From assembly GCA_965263355.1 (NCBI GenBank), contig CBDHHL010000056.1, positions 1,120,001-1,184,000 on the forward strand: a stretch of 64,000 nt of DNA, written 5' to 3'. The notes under the pieces are model-generated. The model made no database searches. It worked only from the letters and a program-made list of their open reading frames with translations, and was not told the DNA's origin. Numbering within the stretch: position 1 is the first letter of the stretch; every line of letters begins with the position of its first letter. Shown here piece by piece: positions 10,862 to 21,062 of this stretch. The DNA comes from Leptolyngbyaceae cyanobacterium (GTDB taxonomy: Bacteria; Cyanobacteriota; Cyanobacteriia; Phormidesmidales; Phormidesmidaceae). The position numbers were made by a program, and so were the translations under genes.

Positions 10862-13544
10862 TCACGGCTTTTTTGAGTTCTACGGCCCAAAAGCTGATAG
10901 TGCCGAGAAGAAGCGCGATCGCAACCTCCCCACCGCTCAATGGCACCGTTGAGAAAAATACCTGACATACCGGTACATAAATGACCACCAGCTGTAGACA
11001 AACCGTTAACAACACGGCCCCCAACAACTTTGTATTGGACAACAGCCCAATCCTAAATAGCGACTCCGATGACGATCGGACCGATTCCGACAGGGCAATC
11101 CGTGAGAACGCTAGGGTGGTAAACACAATGGTTTGCCAGGCAGGGTTGTTATCACTCCAGTAGTGATAGGCAACCAGAATTAAAACAACTCCCAACAGCA
11201 ATCCAATCCAAAGAATATCGGTACCCATACCCCGACTAAAAACACTCTCATTGGGCCGGTGAGGGGGGCGTTTCATTACCTGTCGCTCAGCCGGTTCAAA
11301 GCTCAAAGCCAGAGCTAGCAGACCATCTGCAATCAAATTTATCCACAAAATCTGAATTGGCACCAACGGAATGGGCATGCCTAAAAATGGGGCCAATAAC
11401 AATAACCATAGCTGCCCCACATTTCCCGCCAGGGTATATTTAATAAACTTACGAATGTTGTCATAAATGACGCGCCCTTCTCTGACAGCCGCCACAATTG
11501 ACGCAAAATTGTCATCTTGAAGCACAATGTCAGCGGCTTCTTTGGCCACATCAGTCCCCGTGATGCCCATGGCCACACCAATATCTGCCTGTTTTAGGGC
11601 CGGGGCGTCGTTCACCCCATCGCCAGTCATGGCCACTATGTGCCCATGACGTTGTAGCGCCTGAACAATTCTCAGTTTGTCCTCTGGGGTTACTCGGGCG
11701 TAAACACTGGTGTCAGTAACAGCGCTGTCTAACACTTCGACTGGCATTTTACCCAGAGCCTTGCCCGTTAACAATGTCTGACTGCCTATGCCAAGATCCT
11801 GGGCAATGTGCTGAGCCGTTAAGGGATGATCACCGGTAATCATAACGACCTGAATACCAGCTGTTTGACATAGATCAATGGCCTCTTTCACCTCTGGACG
11901 GGCGGGATCCATCAGCCCCAACATGCCGAGAAAGACCAGCTGTTTTTCTAGCTGCTCAGGGGGTGTTGACAGGGGGCGAAAGGCCAGCCCCAATACTCGC
12001 AATCCCCGGTTTGCCAGCTGATCATGGGTGGTCACAATGCGTTGGCGTAAGTCATCGGTAAGCACCTTTACCTGGCCATCAACCCAGGCCCGATCAAGGG
12101 TGGGCATTAGGCTATTTAAAGCGCCTTTGCTAAAGACAACGGTACGGGTATTAATGGGCACCACCTGTTGCCATAGTTGCTGTAGATGAGGGGGCAATGG
12201 TTGCTCACAACGATGATAGGTGGTCATCCGTTTGCGGGTGGAGTCAAAGGGCACCTCATCAATGCGGGGCCATAGTTGGTCAAGCTTATGTTTGGGTAAG
12301 CCCATTTGGGCGGCGGTGGTGACGAGAGCAGTTTCTGTGGGGTCACCAATGGCGTGATTATTGTCTAAAGACGCATCGTTACAAAGGGTACCGCTAAGCA
12401 ATAACAAGTTCAGGTCTGGAATCCCCATGGCCTGGTCAGTCGTCAGGTTGAGTTCTTGTCCAGCGATGGCTGCTACGGTCACAGTCATCCGGTTTTCAGT
12501 TAAGGTGCCGGTTTTGTCAGAACAAATGGTGGTGACTGACCCAAGGGTTTCTACGGCAGGTAGATGCCGAATCAGGGCATGGCGCTTGAGCATGCGTTCT
12601 GCCCCCAAAGCGAGGGCGATGGTAACTACCGCCGGTAGCCCCTCTGGCACAGCGGCAACGGCGACACTAACAGCGGTAAGCAGCATTTGGCGAGGGGGTT
12701 CTCCCTGTATCAGACCCATGGTGGCAATCACCAGGGAAATGGCAATGGCTCCGGCTCCGAGCACCTTACCTAGCTGGGTGAGGCGCTTTTGCAGGGGAGT
12801 AGCATCAGCCTCCACCGACTGCAACATGCAGGCAATGTGACCAATTTCTGTACCCATGCCGGTTTCGGTGACCATAAAGGTACCGCGTCCACGGGTAATG
12901 GTCGTGCTGTGGTAAACCATATTGCACCGATCGCCCAGGGGTTGCTCTTCGACAAATAGGGCCTCCGCTTGTTTATCCACAGGGACCGACTCGCCAGTCA
13001 AGGCAGATTCTTGCACCTGCAGGTTAATGCCTTCGATTAAACGGCCATCGGCGGGGACAATATTGCCCGCTTCTAATAGCACCAGATCGCCTCGCACAAG
13101 GCTCTCCATGGAACATTCCTGAATTTGGCCATCGCGTCGTACCCGCACCGTGGGTACGGCCAATTGTTTGAGGGCCGCCATAGCCCGCTCGGCTTTGCGC
13201 TCTTGGCGAAAACCGAGAACAGCATTAAAAATGACAATGGCGAGAATTGCGATCGCATCCCGTAAATCCCCCACTATCCAAGAAATAATGGCCGCCACCA
13301 GCAACATCACCACCAGAGGTTCACTAATTTGCGCCCAAAGCACTTGCCAGGGAGATTTTCCTGGAGCAGCGATTAACTCATTGGGGCCATCGTTTAGCAG
13401 CCGCTGTTGGGCAGCCGCTGTCGTCAATCCGTCCTTTAAATGGCTATTAACCTGTCGAGCTACGACATCGGTGCCAAGTTGATACCAGTGACTCACAGTG
13501 TTTTTTGGGGGGAATGGGCAGTGGGTGTTCTGCGCTTGACACAA
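10854..13544 (-). CDS. Cation-transporting P-type ATPase (type IIA, Ca2+/PacL-like)
   Basis: TGES, PEGL, DKTGTLT phosphorylation site, TGDGVNDAPALK, ILWINL; start uncertain. Confidence 0.93.
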   Translation of the reverse strand: MCQAQNTHCPFPPKNTVSHWYQLGTDVVARQVNSHLKDGLTTAAAQQRLLNDGPNELIAAPGKSPWQVLWAQISEPLVVMLLVAAIISWIVGDLRDAIAILAIVIFNAVLGFRQERKAERAMAALKQLAVPTVRVRRDGQIQECSMESLVRGDLVLLEAGNIVPADGRLIEGINLQVQESALTGESVPVDKQAEALFVEEQPLGDRCNMVYHSTTITRGRGTFMVTETGMGTEIGHIACMLQSVEADATPLQKRLTQLGKVLGAGAIAISLVIATMGLIQGEPPRQMLLTAVSVAVAAVPEGLPAVVTIALALGAERMLKRHALIRHLPAVETLGSVTTICSDKTGTLTENRMTVTVAAIAGQELNLTTDQAMGIPDLNLLLLSGTLCNDASLDNNHAIGDPTETALVTTAAQMGLPKHKLDQLWPRIDEVPFDSTRKRMTTYHRCEQPLPPHLQQLWQQVVPINTRTVVFSKGALNSLMPTLDRAWVDGQVKVLTDDLRQRIVTTHDQLANRGLRVLGLAFRPLSTPPEQLEKQLVFLGMLGLMDPARPEVKEAIDLCQTAGIQVVMITGDHPLTAQHIAQDLGIGSQTLLTGKALGKMPVEVLDSAVTDTSVYARVTPEDKLRIVQALQRHGHIVAMTGDGVNDAPALKQADIGVAMGITGTDVAKEAADIVLQDDNFASIVAAVREGRVIYDNIRKFIKYTLAGNVGQLWLLLLAPFLGMPIPLVPIQILWINLIADGLLALALSFEPAERQVMKRPPHRPNESVFSRGMGTDILWIGLLLGVVLILVAYHYWSDNNPAWQTIVFTTLAFSRIALSESVRSSSESLFRIGLLSNTKLLGAVLLTVCLQLVVIYVPVCQVFFSTVPLSGGEVAIALLLGTISFWAVELKKAVIK

Positions 13545-13595
13545 TACTAGTGTAACGCTACCGCACAGTGTAGTTTTTGACCTTATGGGGAGAAT

Positions 13596-13635
13596 AAAAA
13601 GCTTCAGCGAAATCTGTACCTCGCTGAAGCTTTTT
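13596..13635. terminator. Intrinsic terminator, potentially bidirectional
   Basis: AAAAAGCTTCAGCGA-loop-TCGCTGAAGCTTTTT, downstream of the minus-strand gene ending at 13746. Confidence 0.8.
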
Positions 13636-13745
13636 GTTGATGTTTGACTGTTGCAATCAATGGGTATTGATCCAATGCGGATTGTTTACCCACTGCCCCT
13701 GATCATTGGGGACTCTACTTTTAGCTCGCCCTTTGGCTGATGCCC

Positions 13746-14321
13746 TTAATTTTGATATAGCACAATTGACTGATCAGGCTCAATCACGACTACGGTAGGG
13801 GCTGTAACATTACCGACAACCACACCAGCGGCAGCACCACCTAATATTTCTAGGAAGTCTACATCCCCCAAGATTTCGCCAATAATGAGACCACCAGCAG
13901 CACCAATGGCTGCATCTTCAATAATATCGTCAACGTCAGTTTGGCGAGGATCTTTTCGGTCGGTAAGCGTCTCAGAGACAGCACTGAGGTCAAAAATTCG
14001 GTCGCCGACTTCTGCAGAATCGGCAACATAGCGCAGACCTCCATCCACGGGTTCAAACTGCCCGCGAATAATGCTACCCTCTGGTAAAAAGCGACCATTT
14101 ACGGCGGTGCGATCCTCTAGTATCAGGTTATATTCATGGACCGCATTCTTGTCTAGATAAAGAGTTTCATCACTGCGGATAACGGTGTTTAAAGGGTCTG
14201 TTGCCTGGGCAACAATAACTGGCTCAGCGACAGTCTCCTGAGCTAACACGGGACTAACAATAGCACCGAGAGAAATGAGTGTACTAGCAATTGCAACAGC
14301 CTTCATAGTGGATACCCCCAC
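13746..14321 (-). CDS. Exported hypothetical protein with a glycine-zipper segment
   Basis: Signal peptide (PVLA/Q) and AAIGAAGG...ILGGAAAG glycine zipper; probable start ATG 14306. Confidence 0.75.
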   Translation of the reverse strand: MGVSTMKAVAIASTLISLGAIVSPVLAQETVAEPVIVAQATDPLNTVIRSDETLYLDKNAVHEYNLILEDRTAVNGRFLPEGSIIRGQFEPVDGGLRYVADSAEVGDRIFDLSAVSETLTDRKDPRQTDVDDIIEDAAIGAAGGLIIGEILGDVDFLEILGGAAAGVVVGNVTAPTVVVIEPDQSIVLYQN

Positions 14322-14457
14322 AGATTACTTGACTTGTTCTGGCAGATTGTTAATTTAGTAGCACCGATCTGTATGACCAGAACAAATTGATTAAACCAAT
14401 CTAAACCGCAAACAAACAGATAACTATGACAGTTGAAATGCTGTCATAGCTACTCGT

Positions 14458-14500
14458 TTAGAGATTTCTATAAAGTTGGCTTAGAGATTTCTACAAAGCT
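14458..14500. repeat. 22-bp-period direct repeat TTAGAGATTTCTA(T/C)AAAG x2, possible regulator site
   Basis: Seen directly, about 140 bp upstream of the 13746-14321 gene. Confidence 0.65.
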
Positions 14501-14512
14501 AGATTGCATCTG

Positions 14513-15169
14513 TTACAGGTTTGCTAGAAATGCACCAATTTGGTCTAAGAAGATAGGATTGTACGCCGCCAGTACACCGCCGAAGAAACCAAACATGTGA
14601 GCTTCCCATGACAAGGTGGTCTTCTCAGAATCAGGTAGCATGGTCGAAACCTGATCGCCATAGAGCAACATGACAACAAATGCTAAGCCAATGGTCATTA
14701 GGGTAACTTCAAGATACCCCCGAGCAATTAAATATCCTAAATATCCAAAAATTAAACCACTTGCCCCCAAATGAATGGCAGAACGGCCAAAAAGCCAAGT
14801 TCCTAAACCACTGACCAATACAATAGCGGCGCTTAGGGCATAAAAATTATCTACACCCTGCAATAGTACTAACCAGCCCAAAATGGCAAAAGGCAATGTA
14901 TTGGCAATTAAATGCCCTGCATTGCGATGGAGAAAGGGTGAAAACAAAATACCGAGTAACCCCAACGCCTCACGGGGACGAATGCCCAGTAACCGATTTA
15001 ACCCCCCCCCTAGATAGGCAAAGTTGACAATGCCCACTACCCAAGCCATGACAATACAGTCTCGCAAGACTTTTGCTTGGGTTTGCCAGTCAATAGGTAC
15101 AAACATTGAGACAATGACTGTGCCCAAGATCATATAGATAAGGACCAGCTGCTGCTTTACCCCTGTCAT
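14513..15169 (-). CDS. Rhomboid-family intramembrane serine protease
   Basis: H..H...N motif, GASG catalytic Ser, SWEAH catalytic His, several TM segments; ATG 15169 preferred over TTG 15253. Confidence 0.88.
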   Translation of the reverse strand: MTGVKQQLVLIYMILGTVIVSMFVPIDWQTQAKVLRDCIVMAWVVGIVNFAYLGGGLNRLLGIRPREALGLLGILFSPFLHRNAGHLIANTLPFAILGWLVLLQGVDNFYALSAAIVLVSGLGTWLFGRSAIHLGASGLIFGYLGYLIARGYLEVTLMTIGLAFVVMLLYGDQVSTMLPDSEKTTLSWEAHMFGFFGGVLAAYNPIFLDQIGAFLANL

Positions 15170-15551
15170 GACAGAAAACCTGCTGCTACAAACTTTTCGA
15201 CTTTTTAGATCCAAATAAATTCGAAAGCGTAGAGCACCCTGGTCATACCTCAAGGTAATGAGATATGGCTACGTAAGTAGACGGTTATACTTAATTTTAC
15301 TTAGTTTTCTGTAAAAAACGCACAAAAACTTTGATGCTTAAACAAAAGTCAATATGAACACAGGGATAGCAGGCATTGCGATTGCTTGTACCACATGGTG
15401 TGGATGTTCTAAGTGTTTTGTGATACTCACTAACCCTAATAGTGTACGAGTGCTAGCTGAGAATGACCGTCTGCTTTTAGGATGGAGTAGGTGACGGAGT
15501 AAATGACATCGAAGCCTGGAACCATTTGGACATTTCACGCGTGGAAAAAGG

Positions 15552-16121
15552 ATGAACGTAAAATCGTTGGCAACGGGGCTTGGTGCCGTACTGCTATTGT
15601 TATTGGGGATGTTAAGTTTTGCGCCTGCTAGCTGGGCGTATGTCCAAGACGATGTGGATATGCTGCTAGAGCTTAAGGACTGTCCAGTTTGTGTGCTCAA
15701 TGAAGCTGATTTGTCGGGGGAAGATTTTTCCAAGGTCAATCTCAAAGTGGCAGAACTAACGGCTGCAAATTTGAGTCACACCGATTTACAACAAGCAAAT
15801 CTAATGCTGGCAGAACTCAAGCAGGCTGACTTGACTCAAGCTAACCTTAAAGGAGCTTCTATGAACGGTGCACGTCTACAGGGAGCCAACCTGAGTGGGG
15901 CTAATCTGACTGGCGCAGTGTTGACCCAGGCAAATATGGCAGGGGCTAATTTCCAGGGTGCCAATCTGGAGAATGCAGAGCTGACGGCAGCGGTGATTGG
16001 TGATGCTGATTGGCGAGGTGCCAATCTTAAAGGAGCTAATTTGCGGGGTGCTATTTGGTCAGAGGCGATCGTTTGTGACACGGTGCTGCCCGATGGTAGC
16101 GTTGGCGATCGCAACTGCTAG
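15552..16121 (+). CDS. Exported pentapeptide-repeat protein
   Basis: Signal peptide ending ASWA, CPVC, then many A(D/N)LXX repeats. Confidence 0.92.
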   Translation: MNVKSLATGLGAVLLLLLGMLSFAPASWAYVQDDVDMLLELKDCPVCVLNEADLSGEDFSKVNLKVAELTAANLSHTDLQQANLMLAELKQADLTQANLKGASMNGARLQGANLSGANLTGAVLTQANMAGANFQGANLENAELTAAVIGDADWRGANLKGANLRGAIWSEAIVCDTVLPDGSVGDRNC

Positions 16122-16187
16122 ATCCCTAAACAAGCGCAGCCACGTTTAAGCCATGTCGTTGCGTTTGCCTAGTTTTACTGCCAAACC

Positions 16188-16880
16188 ATGAGCCAAATCA
16201 CCCTAAATCTCATCGCTATCTCGGTTTTTTCGGTAACAATGCTGATTTTGCTGGGCCCTCTGTTGTCGATTTCGCCGGAGGGTCTGGCTACAGTGACAGC
16301 TAGTTTGCTGGGGCTGTTAGCAATTGATCAACTAGGCTGGCAAGGACGTGGGGGTCGATTGCTAATAGATTGGCTATCGCAACGGTCGCCGGAATATTGC
16401 GATCGCATCGCGCGCCATGAAGCCGGACATTTCCTCACCGCCTACCTGCTCGGTATTCCCATCGACACCTATACCCTGACCGCTTGGGAGGCCTTACAGT
16501 CTGGTGTCAACGGCAATGGTGGCGTCATCTTCAAAACCGACAACATTGACCGAGCCATTGACATCGGTAAAATCAGTCAACAAGAAATTGACCGCTATTG
16601 CACCGTTTGGATGGCAGGCATTGCCGCCGAAGAAATCACCTACGGCACAGCCCAGGGCGGACAGGACGACCGCTTAAAACTAAACCTGCTATGGCAGCAA
16701 ATGAACCGCCCCCTGGCAGAAGTGCCTCTAAAGCAACGCTGGTCTATGCTACAAGCCAAAACCCTAATCGAAAAGCAACCCGTTGCCTACAGTGCCCTGG
16801 TTAATGCCATGGTCGATCGTCGTCCAGTAAGTGAATGTTGCGAGCTAATCGAACAACATTTGCAATCAGCAAACATATAA
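16188..16880 (+). CDS. Membrane Zn-dependent protease-like protein (M41-like domain without ATPase)
   Basis: Two N-terminal TMs, HEAGH zinc motif, MAGIAAE, GGQDD. Confidence 0.82.
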   Translation: MSQITLNLIAISVFSVTMLILLGPLLSISPEGLATVTASLLGLLAIDQLGWQGRGGRLLIDWLSQRSPEYCDRIARHEAGHFLTAYLLGIPIDTYTLTAWEALQSGVNGNGGVIFKTDNIDRAIDIGKISQQEIDRYCTVWMAGIAAEEITYGTAQGGQDDRLKLNLLWQQMNRPLAEVPLKQRWSMLQAKTLIEKQPVAYSALVNAMVDRRPVSECCELIEQHLQSANI

Positions 16881-17013
16881 GCAAAAGCCACTAACAACTT
16901 TGAGACAACATCGTTCAGAATAGTAAAACCACAAACCGCTGGTTTCTCATTTCCCATTGATTAATCAGCCCGTCCGCAAACCTAAGTCCGCCAAGCGCGT
17001 TCCCCAAAAAACA

Positions 17014-19653
17014 ATGCCTAAGTCAAAACCTGGGTTAAAAAAAACCGTCACCACTGGCGCTGGAATCCGCCAAGCCTTTCTCAAATTCTACGAAGACAAA
17101 GGCCACACCATCATGCCCAGCGCCTCGTTAGTGCCCGAAGACCCCACGGTTTTGCTCACCATCGCAGGCATGTTGCCCTTTAAGCCTATTTTTCTAGGCC
17201 AGCGCAAGGCCCCCGTAGACCGAGCAACAACGTCTCAAAAATGCATTCGCACCAACGACATTGAAAACGTAGGCCGCACCGCCCGCCACCACACATTCTT
17301 TGAAATGCTAGGCAACTTTAGCTTTGGCGACTATTTCAAAGAACAAGCCGTTGCCTGGGCCTGGGAGCTATCCACCCAAGTCTTTAAGCTAGACCCCAAA
17401 AATCTAATCGTCAGCGTCTTCCGAGAAGATGACGACGCCTATGACATCTGGCGAGACCAGGTGGGCGTCCCCGAAAAACGCATCATCCGCATGGATGAAG
17501 AAGACAACTTCTGGACCTCTGGCCCCACCGGTCCCTGTGGTCCCTGTTCTGAAATTTACTACGACTTCCATCCAGAGCTAGGGGACGACGACATTGATTT
17601 AGAAGACGATACCCGGTTTATCGAGTTCTATAACCTGGTATTTATGCAATACAACCGGGATGCCGACGGCAACCTCACACCGCTCCAAGCCCAGAACATC
17701 GATACTGGCATGGGGCTAGAGCGCATGGCTCAAATTCTTCAGAAAAAACCCAATAACTACGAAACCGACCTCATTTTCCCAATTATCCAAACCGCCGCAG
17801 ATATCGCTAAGGTGGACTACTTCAAGCAGAACGATACGGCTCAAGTCTCCCTCAAGGTGATTGGTGACCACGTGCGGTCTGTGGTGCACATGATTTCCGA
17901 TGGCATCACCGCCTCCAATGTGGGTCGCGGCTATATTTTGCGCCGATTGATCCGGCGGGTAGTACGCCATGGGCGGTTGCTGGGCATCGAAGGTCCCTTT
18001 ATTAATGAAGTAGCGGAGAGTGCTATTACCCTGTGCGAATCCGCCTATCCAGACCTGCGAGAGCGTGAAGCCATTATCAAAGCCGAGCTAAAGCGCGAAG
18101 AAGACCAGTTTCTCAAAACCCTGGAGCGGGGTGAAAAGCTGCTGGCCGAGATTCTAGAGCAAAAGCCAACGCAAATTTCTGGTGAAGACGCCTTCAAGCT
18201 ATTTGATACCTTTGGTTTCCCCCTAGAACTCACCCAGGAAATTGCCGAAGAAAACGACCTGACCGTTGATGTAGCGGGCTTTGAACAAGAAATGGAGGCC
18301 CAGCGTGAGCGCTCCAAGAGTGCCCATGAAACCATCGATCTACTGGCCCAGGGCAGCCTTAGCAAGTTGGGTATCGACTCCACCGATTTTCTTGGCTACA
18401 CCGATGTCACCAGTCACAGTGTTGTCAAAGCCATTTTAGTCAATGGCGAGACGGTCGATACCGCTGAAGCTGGCACCGACGTACAGCTTGTACTCGATAA
18501 AACACCCTTCTATGCCGAGTCCGGTGGTCAGATCGGTGACCGAGGTTTTCTCTCAGGCGACACCCTGGTAGTACGCATCGAAGATGTCCAAAAAGACAAC
18601 AATCTGTTTATCCATGTGGGTCGGGTAGAGCGGGGCACGCTGACCATTGACGATAGCGTTAGCGCTCAAATCGACCGTGCCTGCCGTCGTCGCGCCCAGG
18701 CCAACCACAGTGCTACCCACCTGCTCCAGTCCGCCCTCAAAAAGCTAGTAGATGACAGCATTTCCCAGGCCGGTTCCTTAGTTAGCTTTGACCGGCTGCG
18801 GTTTGACTGTAACTGTCCCCGTGCCCTCACCCCAGACGAAGTGCAACAGGTAGAAGCCCAGGTCAATACCTGGATTGCCGAAGCCCACGATGCCCAGGTG
18901 GAGGTAATGCCCATTGACGATGCTAAAGCCAGGGGCGCGACTGCTATGTTTGGAGAAAAATATGGCGATGAGGTGCGGGTAATTGATTTCCCTGGCGTTT
19001 CCATGGAACTGTGCGGCGGCACCCATGTGGGCAATACCGCTGAGATCGGCGTGTTTAAGATTATTTCTGAGACGGGCATTGCAGCCGGTGTACGGCGCAT
19101 AGAAGCAGTCGCCGGACCGGCGGTGCTGGAGTACTTAAATGTGCGCGACCAGATTGTGAAGGATCTAAGCGATACGTTTAAGGCCAAGCCCGAGGAGCTG
19201 GTGGACCGGATTACCAATCTGCAAACTGAGCTAAAGGCTACTCAAAAAACAGTGGATGGTCTGAAGTCAGAGTTGGCATTGTTAAAATCTGACCAGTTGC
19301 TAGACCAGGCAGAGACCATGGGTGATTTTCAGGTACTGGTGGCCAATATGGGCGAAGTGGATGCCGACTCCCTAAAAACAGCAGCCGAGCGTTTGCTGCA
19401 GAAGTTAGGCGATGGTGCGGTGGTATTGGGCTCTATTCCAGCGGAGGGTAAGGTAAGCCTGGTGGCAGCGTTTAGTAAACCTGCCATGGACAAGGGGTTA
19501 AAAGCAGGCAAGTTTATTGGCGGTATTGCCAAGATTACCGGCGGCGGCGGCGGCGGTCGGCCTAATTTTGCGCAAGCGGGTGGTCGTGATGCATCAAAAT
19601 TGCCCGAAGCGTTGGAGACAGCCAAAGAACAGTTACAAGAGGCATTAGCGTAG
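17014..19653 (+). CDS. alaS: Alanine-tRNA ligase
   Basis: [40 protein letters not shown] editing motif, ELCGGTH, GGGGGR; ORF opens at TTG 16957. Confidence 0.98.
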   Translation: MPKSKPGLKKTVTTGAGIRQAFLKFYEDKGHTIMPSASLVPEDPTVLLTIAGMLPFKPIFLGQRKAPVDRATTSQKCIRTNDIENVGRTARHHTFFEMLGNFSFGDYFKEQAVAWAWELSTQVFKLDPKNLIVSVFREDDDAYDIWRDQVGVPEKRIIRMDEEDNFWTSGPTGPCGPCSEIYYDFHPELGDDDIDLEDDTRFIEFYNLVFMQYNRDADGNLTPLQAQNIDTGMGLERMAQILQKKPNNYETDLIFPIIQTAADIAKVDYFKQNDTAQVSLKVIGDHVRSVVHMISDGITASNVGRGYILRRLIRRVVRHGRLLGIEGPFINEVAESAITLCESAYPDLREREAIIKAELKREEDQFLKTLERGEKLLAEILEQKPTQISGEDAFKLFDTFGFPLELTQEIAEENDLTVDVAGFEQEMEAQRERSKSAHETIDLLAQGSLSKLGIDSTDFLGYTDVTSHSVVKAILVNGETVDTAEAGTDVQLVLDKTPFYAESGGQIGDRGFLSGDTLVVRIEDVQKDNNLFIHVGRVERGTLTIDDSVSAQIDRACRRRAQANHSATHLLQSALKKLVDDSISQAGSLVSFDRLRFDCNCPRALTPDEVQQVEAQVNTWIAEAHDAQVEVMPIDDAKARGATAMFGEKYGDEVRVIDFPGVSMELCGGTHVGNTAEIGVFKIISETGIAAGVRRIEAVAGPAVLEYLNVRDQIVKDLSDTFKAKPEELVDRITNLQTELKATQKTVDGLKSELALLKSDQLLDQAETMGDFQVLVANMGEVDADSLKTAAERLLQKLGDGAVVLGSIPAEGKVSLVAAFSKPAMDKGLKAGKFIGGIAKITGGGGGGRPNFAQAGGRDASKLPEALETAKEQLQEALA

Positions 19654-19675
19654 GGTGCGATGCATCGCACCCTCC
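19650..19675. repeat. REP-like GTAG palindrome overlapping the alaS stop codon
   Basis: GT-AGGGTGCGATG|CATCGCACCCT perfect inverted repeat. Related elements at about 20114, 20201, 20897, 20998, 24755, 25154, 26480, 27966, 58651. Confidence 0.75.
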
Positions 19676-19715
19676 AGAATTTGGCGCTATCGGTTAACCC
19701 TCATCCCCTACGATT

Positions 19716-20117
19716 ATGCAACTACCGCCCGATGAAGACTCTCGTCTGACTATTAACATCGTGCCGATGATCGATGTGGTGTTTGCCATTCTGGCGTTTT
19801 TTATTTTATCTACGCTGTATCTAACGCGGGCGGAGGGGTTGCCGGTGACGCTACCGACGGCGGTTACCTCGGTCAGTCAGGATGAGGCGGCGCTAACGTT
19901 GACGATTACGGCGGATGGGGATCTTTATTTGGGGGATGAGCCAGTGACCCTGGAGAATTTGACGGGAGATGTGCAAGCCCTGATTGCACCGGGGCAGCCC
20001 GCCATGGTGACAGTTAAAGCGGATGCGGCAACGCCCCATGGGCAGGTGGTGGCGGTGATGGATCGAATTCGTACCGTCGAGGGTGTACGATTGGGTATTG
20101 CCACCCAACAACCGTAG
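19716..20117 (+). CDS. exbD: Biopolymer transporter ExbD/TolR family protein
   Basis: INIVPMIDVVFAILAFFIL TM with conserved Asp; ADAATPHGQVVAVMD. Confidence 0.9.
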   Translation: MQLPPDEDSRLTINIVPMIDVVFAILAFFILSTLYLTRAEGLPVTLPTAVTSVSQDEAALTLTITADGDLYLGDEPVTLENLTGDVQALIAPGQPAMVTVKADAATPHGQVVAVMDRIRTVEGVRLGIATQQP

Positions 20118-20272
20118 GGTGGGCACGGCCCACCATTTACACACCATTTTCAATCACATATTGAAATGGCACAATATTCTCTCTGACTTATGTATACACC
20201 GTAGCCCCTTGTGGGTGCCCTGGATACCTATGGGATGGTCCAATCGTTGATTAGCACGCCATGGAAAACCAA

Positions 20273-20833
20273 TTAATTCATTCTTAACAAGTTAAACAGC
20301 TGAGTAGACGTTATATCCAAATCGATACTATCAGGGACGGTCAGTGTGGCGTCCCCTTCATAGAAACTGGGGAGTTGGTTGGGCTGGTAGACAGCCACTG
20401 ATCGATCAGCTGGATCGATTAGCCAGCCAAGGGAACAACCATGTTGCAAACAATAAACGATATTGTCTACGACCCGGTTGGGTGACTGGTCAGGAGAGAG
20501 AATTTCAATGGTCCAATCGGGCGGGCGGATAACGTTATCAAAGGGTTCTCCATTGGTATCTAGGTCGATGTTTTGCCAGTAAAAAACGGCGATATCTGGG
20601 ACAATGGAACGGGTATCAAAGCTGCAACGTAGTTCTGGAAAGGCATAGGCTATTTGGACGGCTTCGGTGACAGCGTTAATGGTATTGCAGAGTTTAAGCT
20701 GTAGGCGGCTATGTTTGCCTTTGGGCATGACCTTTTGACTGATTTTGCCATCTACAAATTCACTGGCGGGGGTGGTCTCCGGCAGTGCTAGGAAGTCGTT
20801 GAGGGTAAGGGGTTTGGGGATGGCTTGGGTCAT
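20273..20833 (-). CDS. Uma2-family (DUF820) PD-(D/E)XK endonuclease-like protein
   Basis: LTLNDFL.LPE, H..LQ, PELRC, VPDIA, PDW.IEILSP, WLIDP; ATG 20833 preferred. Confidence 0.9.
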   Translation of the reverse strand: MTQAIPKPLTLNDFLALPETTPASEFVDGKISQKVMPKGKHSRLQLKLCNTINAVTEAVQIAYAFPELRCSFDTRSIVPDIAVFYWQNIDLDTNGEPFDNVIRPPDWTIEILSPDQSPNRVVDNIVYCLQHGCSLGWLIDPADRSVAVYQPNQLPSFYEGDATLTVPDSIDLDITSTQLFNLLRMN

Positions 20834-21062
20834 GGTGTCATGGTGGAGCCATGGTGGAATGTAGGTGCATTGTATCGCAGCGAATGGTGAGCAGACGCAG
20901 GGTGGGCAGGCTCGATACCCTATGTTTATTGCCAATGGTTACATCTGCCCACCGTTTTCCCATGGTTGAGTTAGGTGCGATAAACATTATCGATGATGGT
21001 GGGCAAGCTTAGACATTGGTGGTGATACAACAGATATCTATAGGAGGTACCCACCCTACTGG

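Noticed and set aside
2086..10914. AT-richer kinase block without HIP1 as a horizontally acquired island
   Set aside because: A similar HIP1 gap spans core alaS; no integrase, tRNA or flanking repeats are present
15277..15290. GTA-N8-TAC candidate NtcA box
   Set aside because: A 6-bp match is expected many times by chance in 64 kb; I could not verify a supporting -10 element
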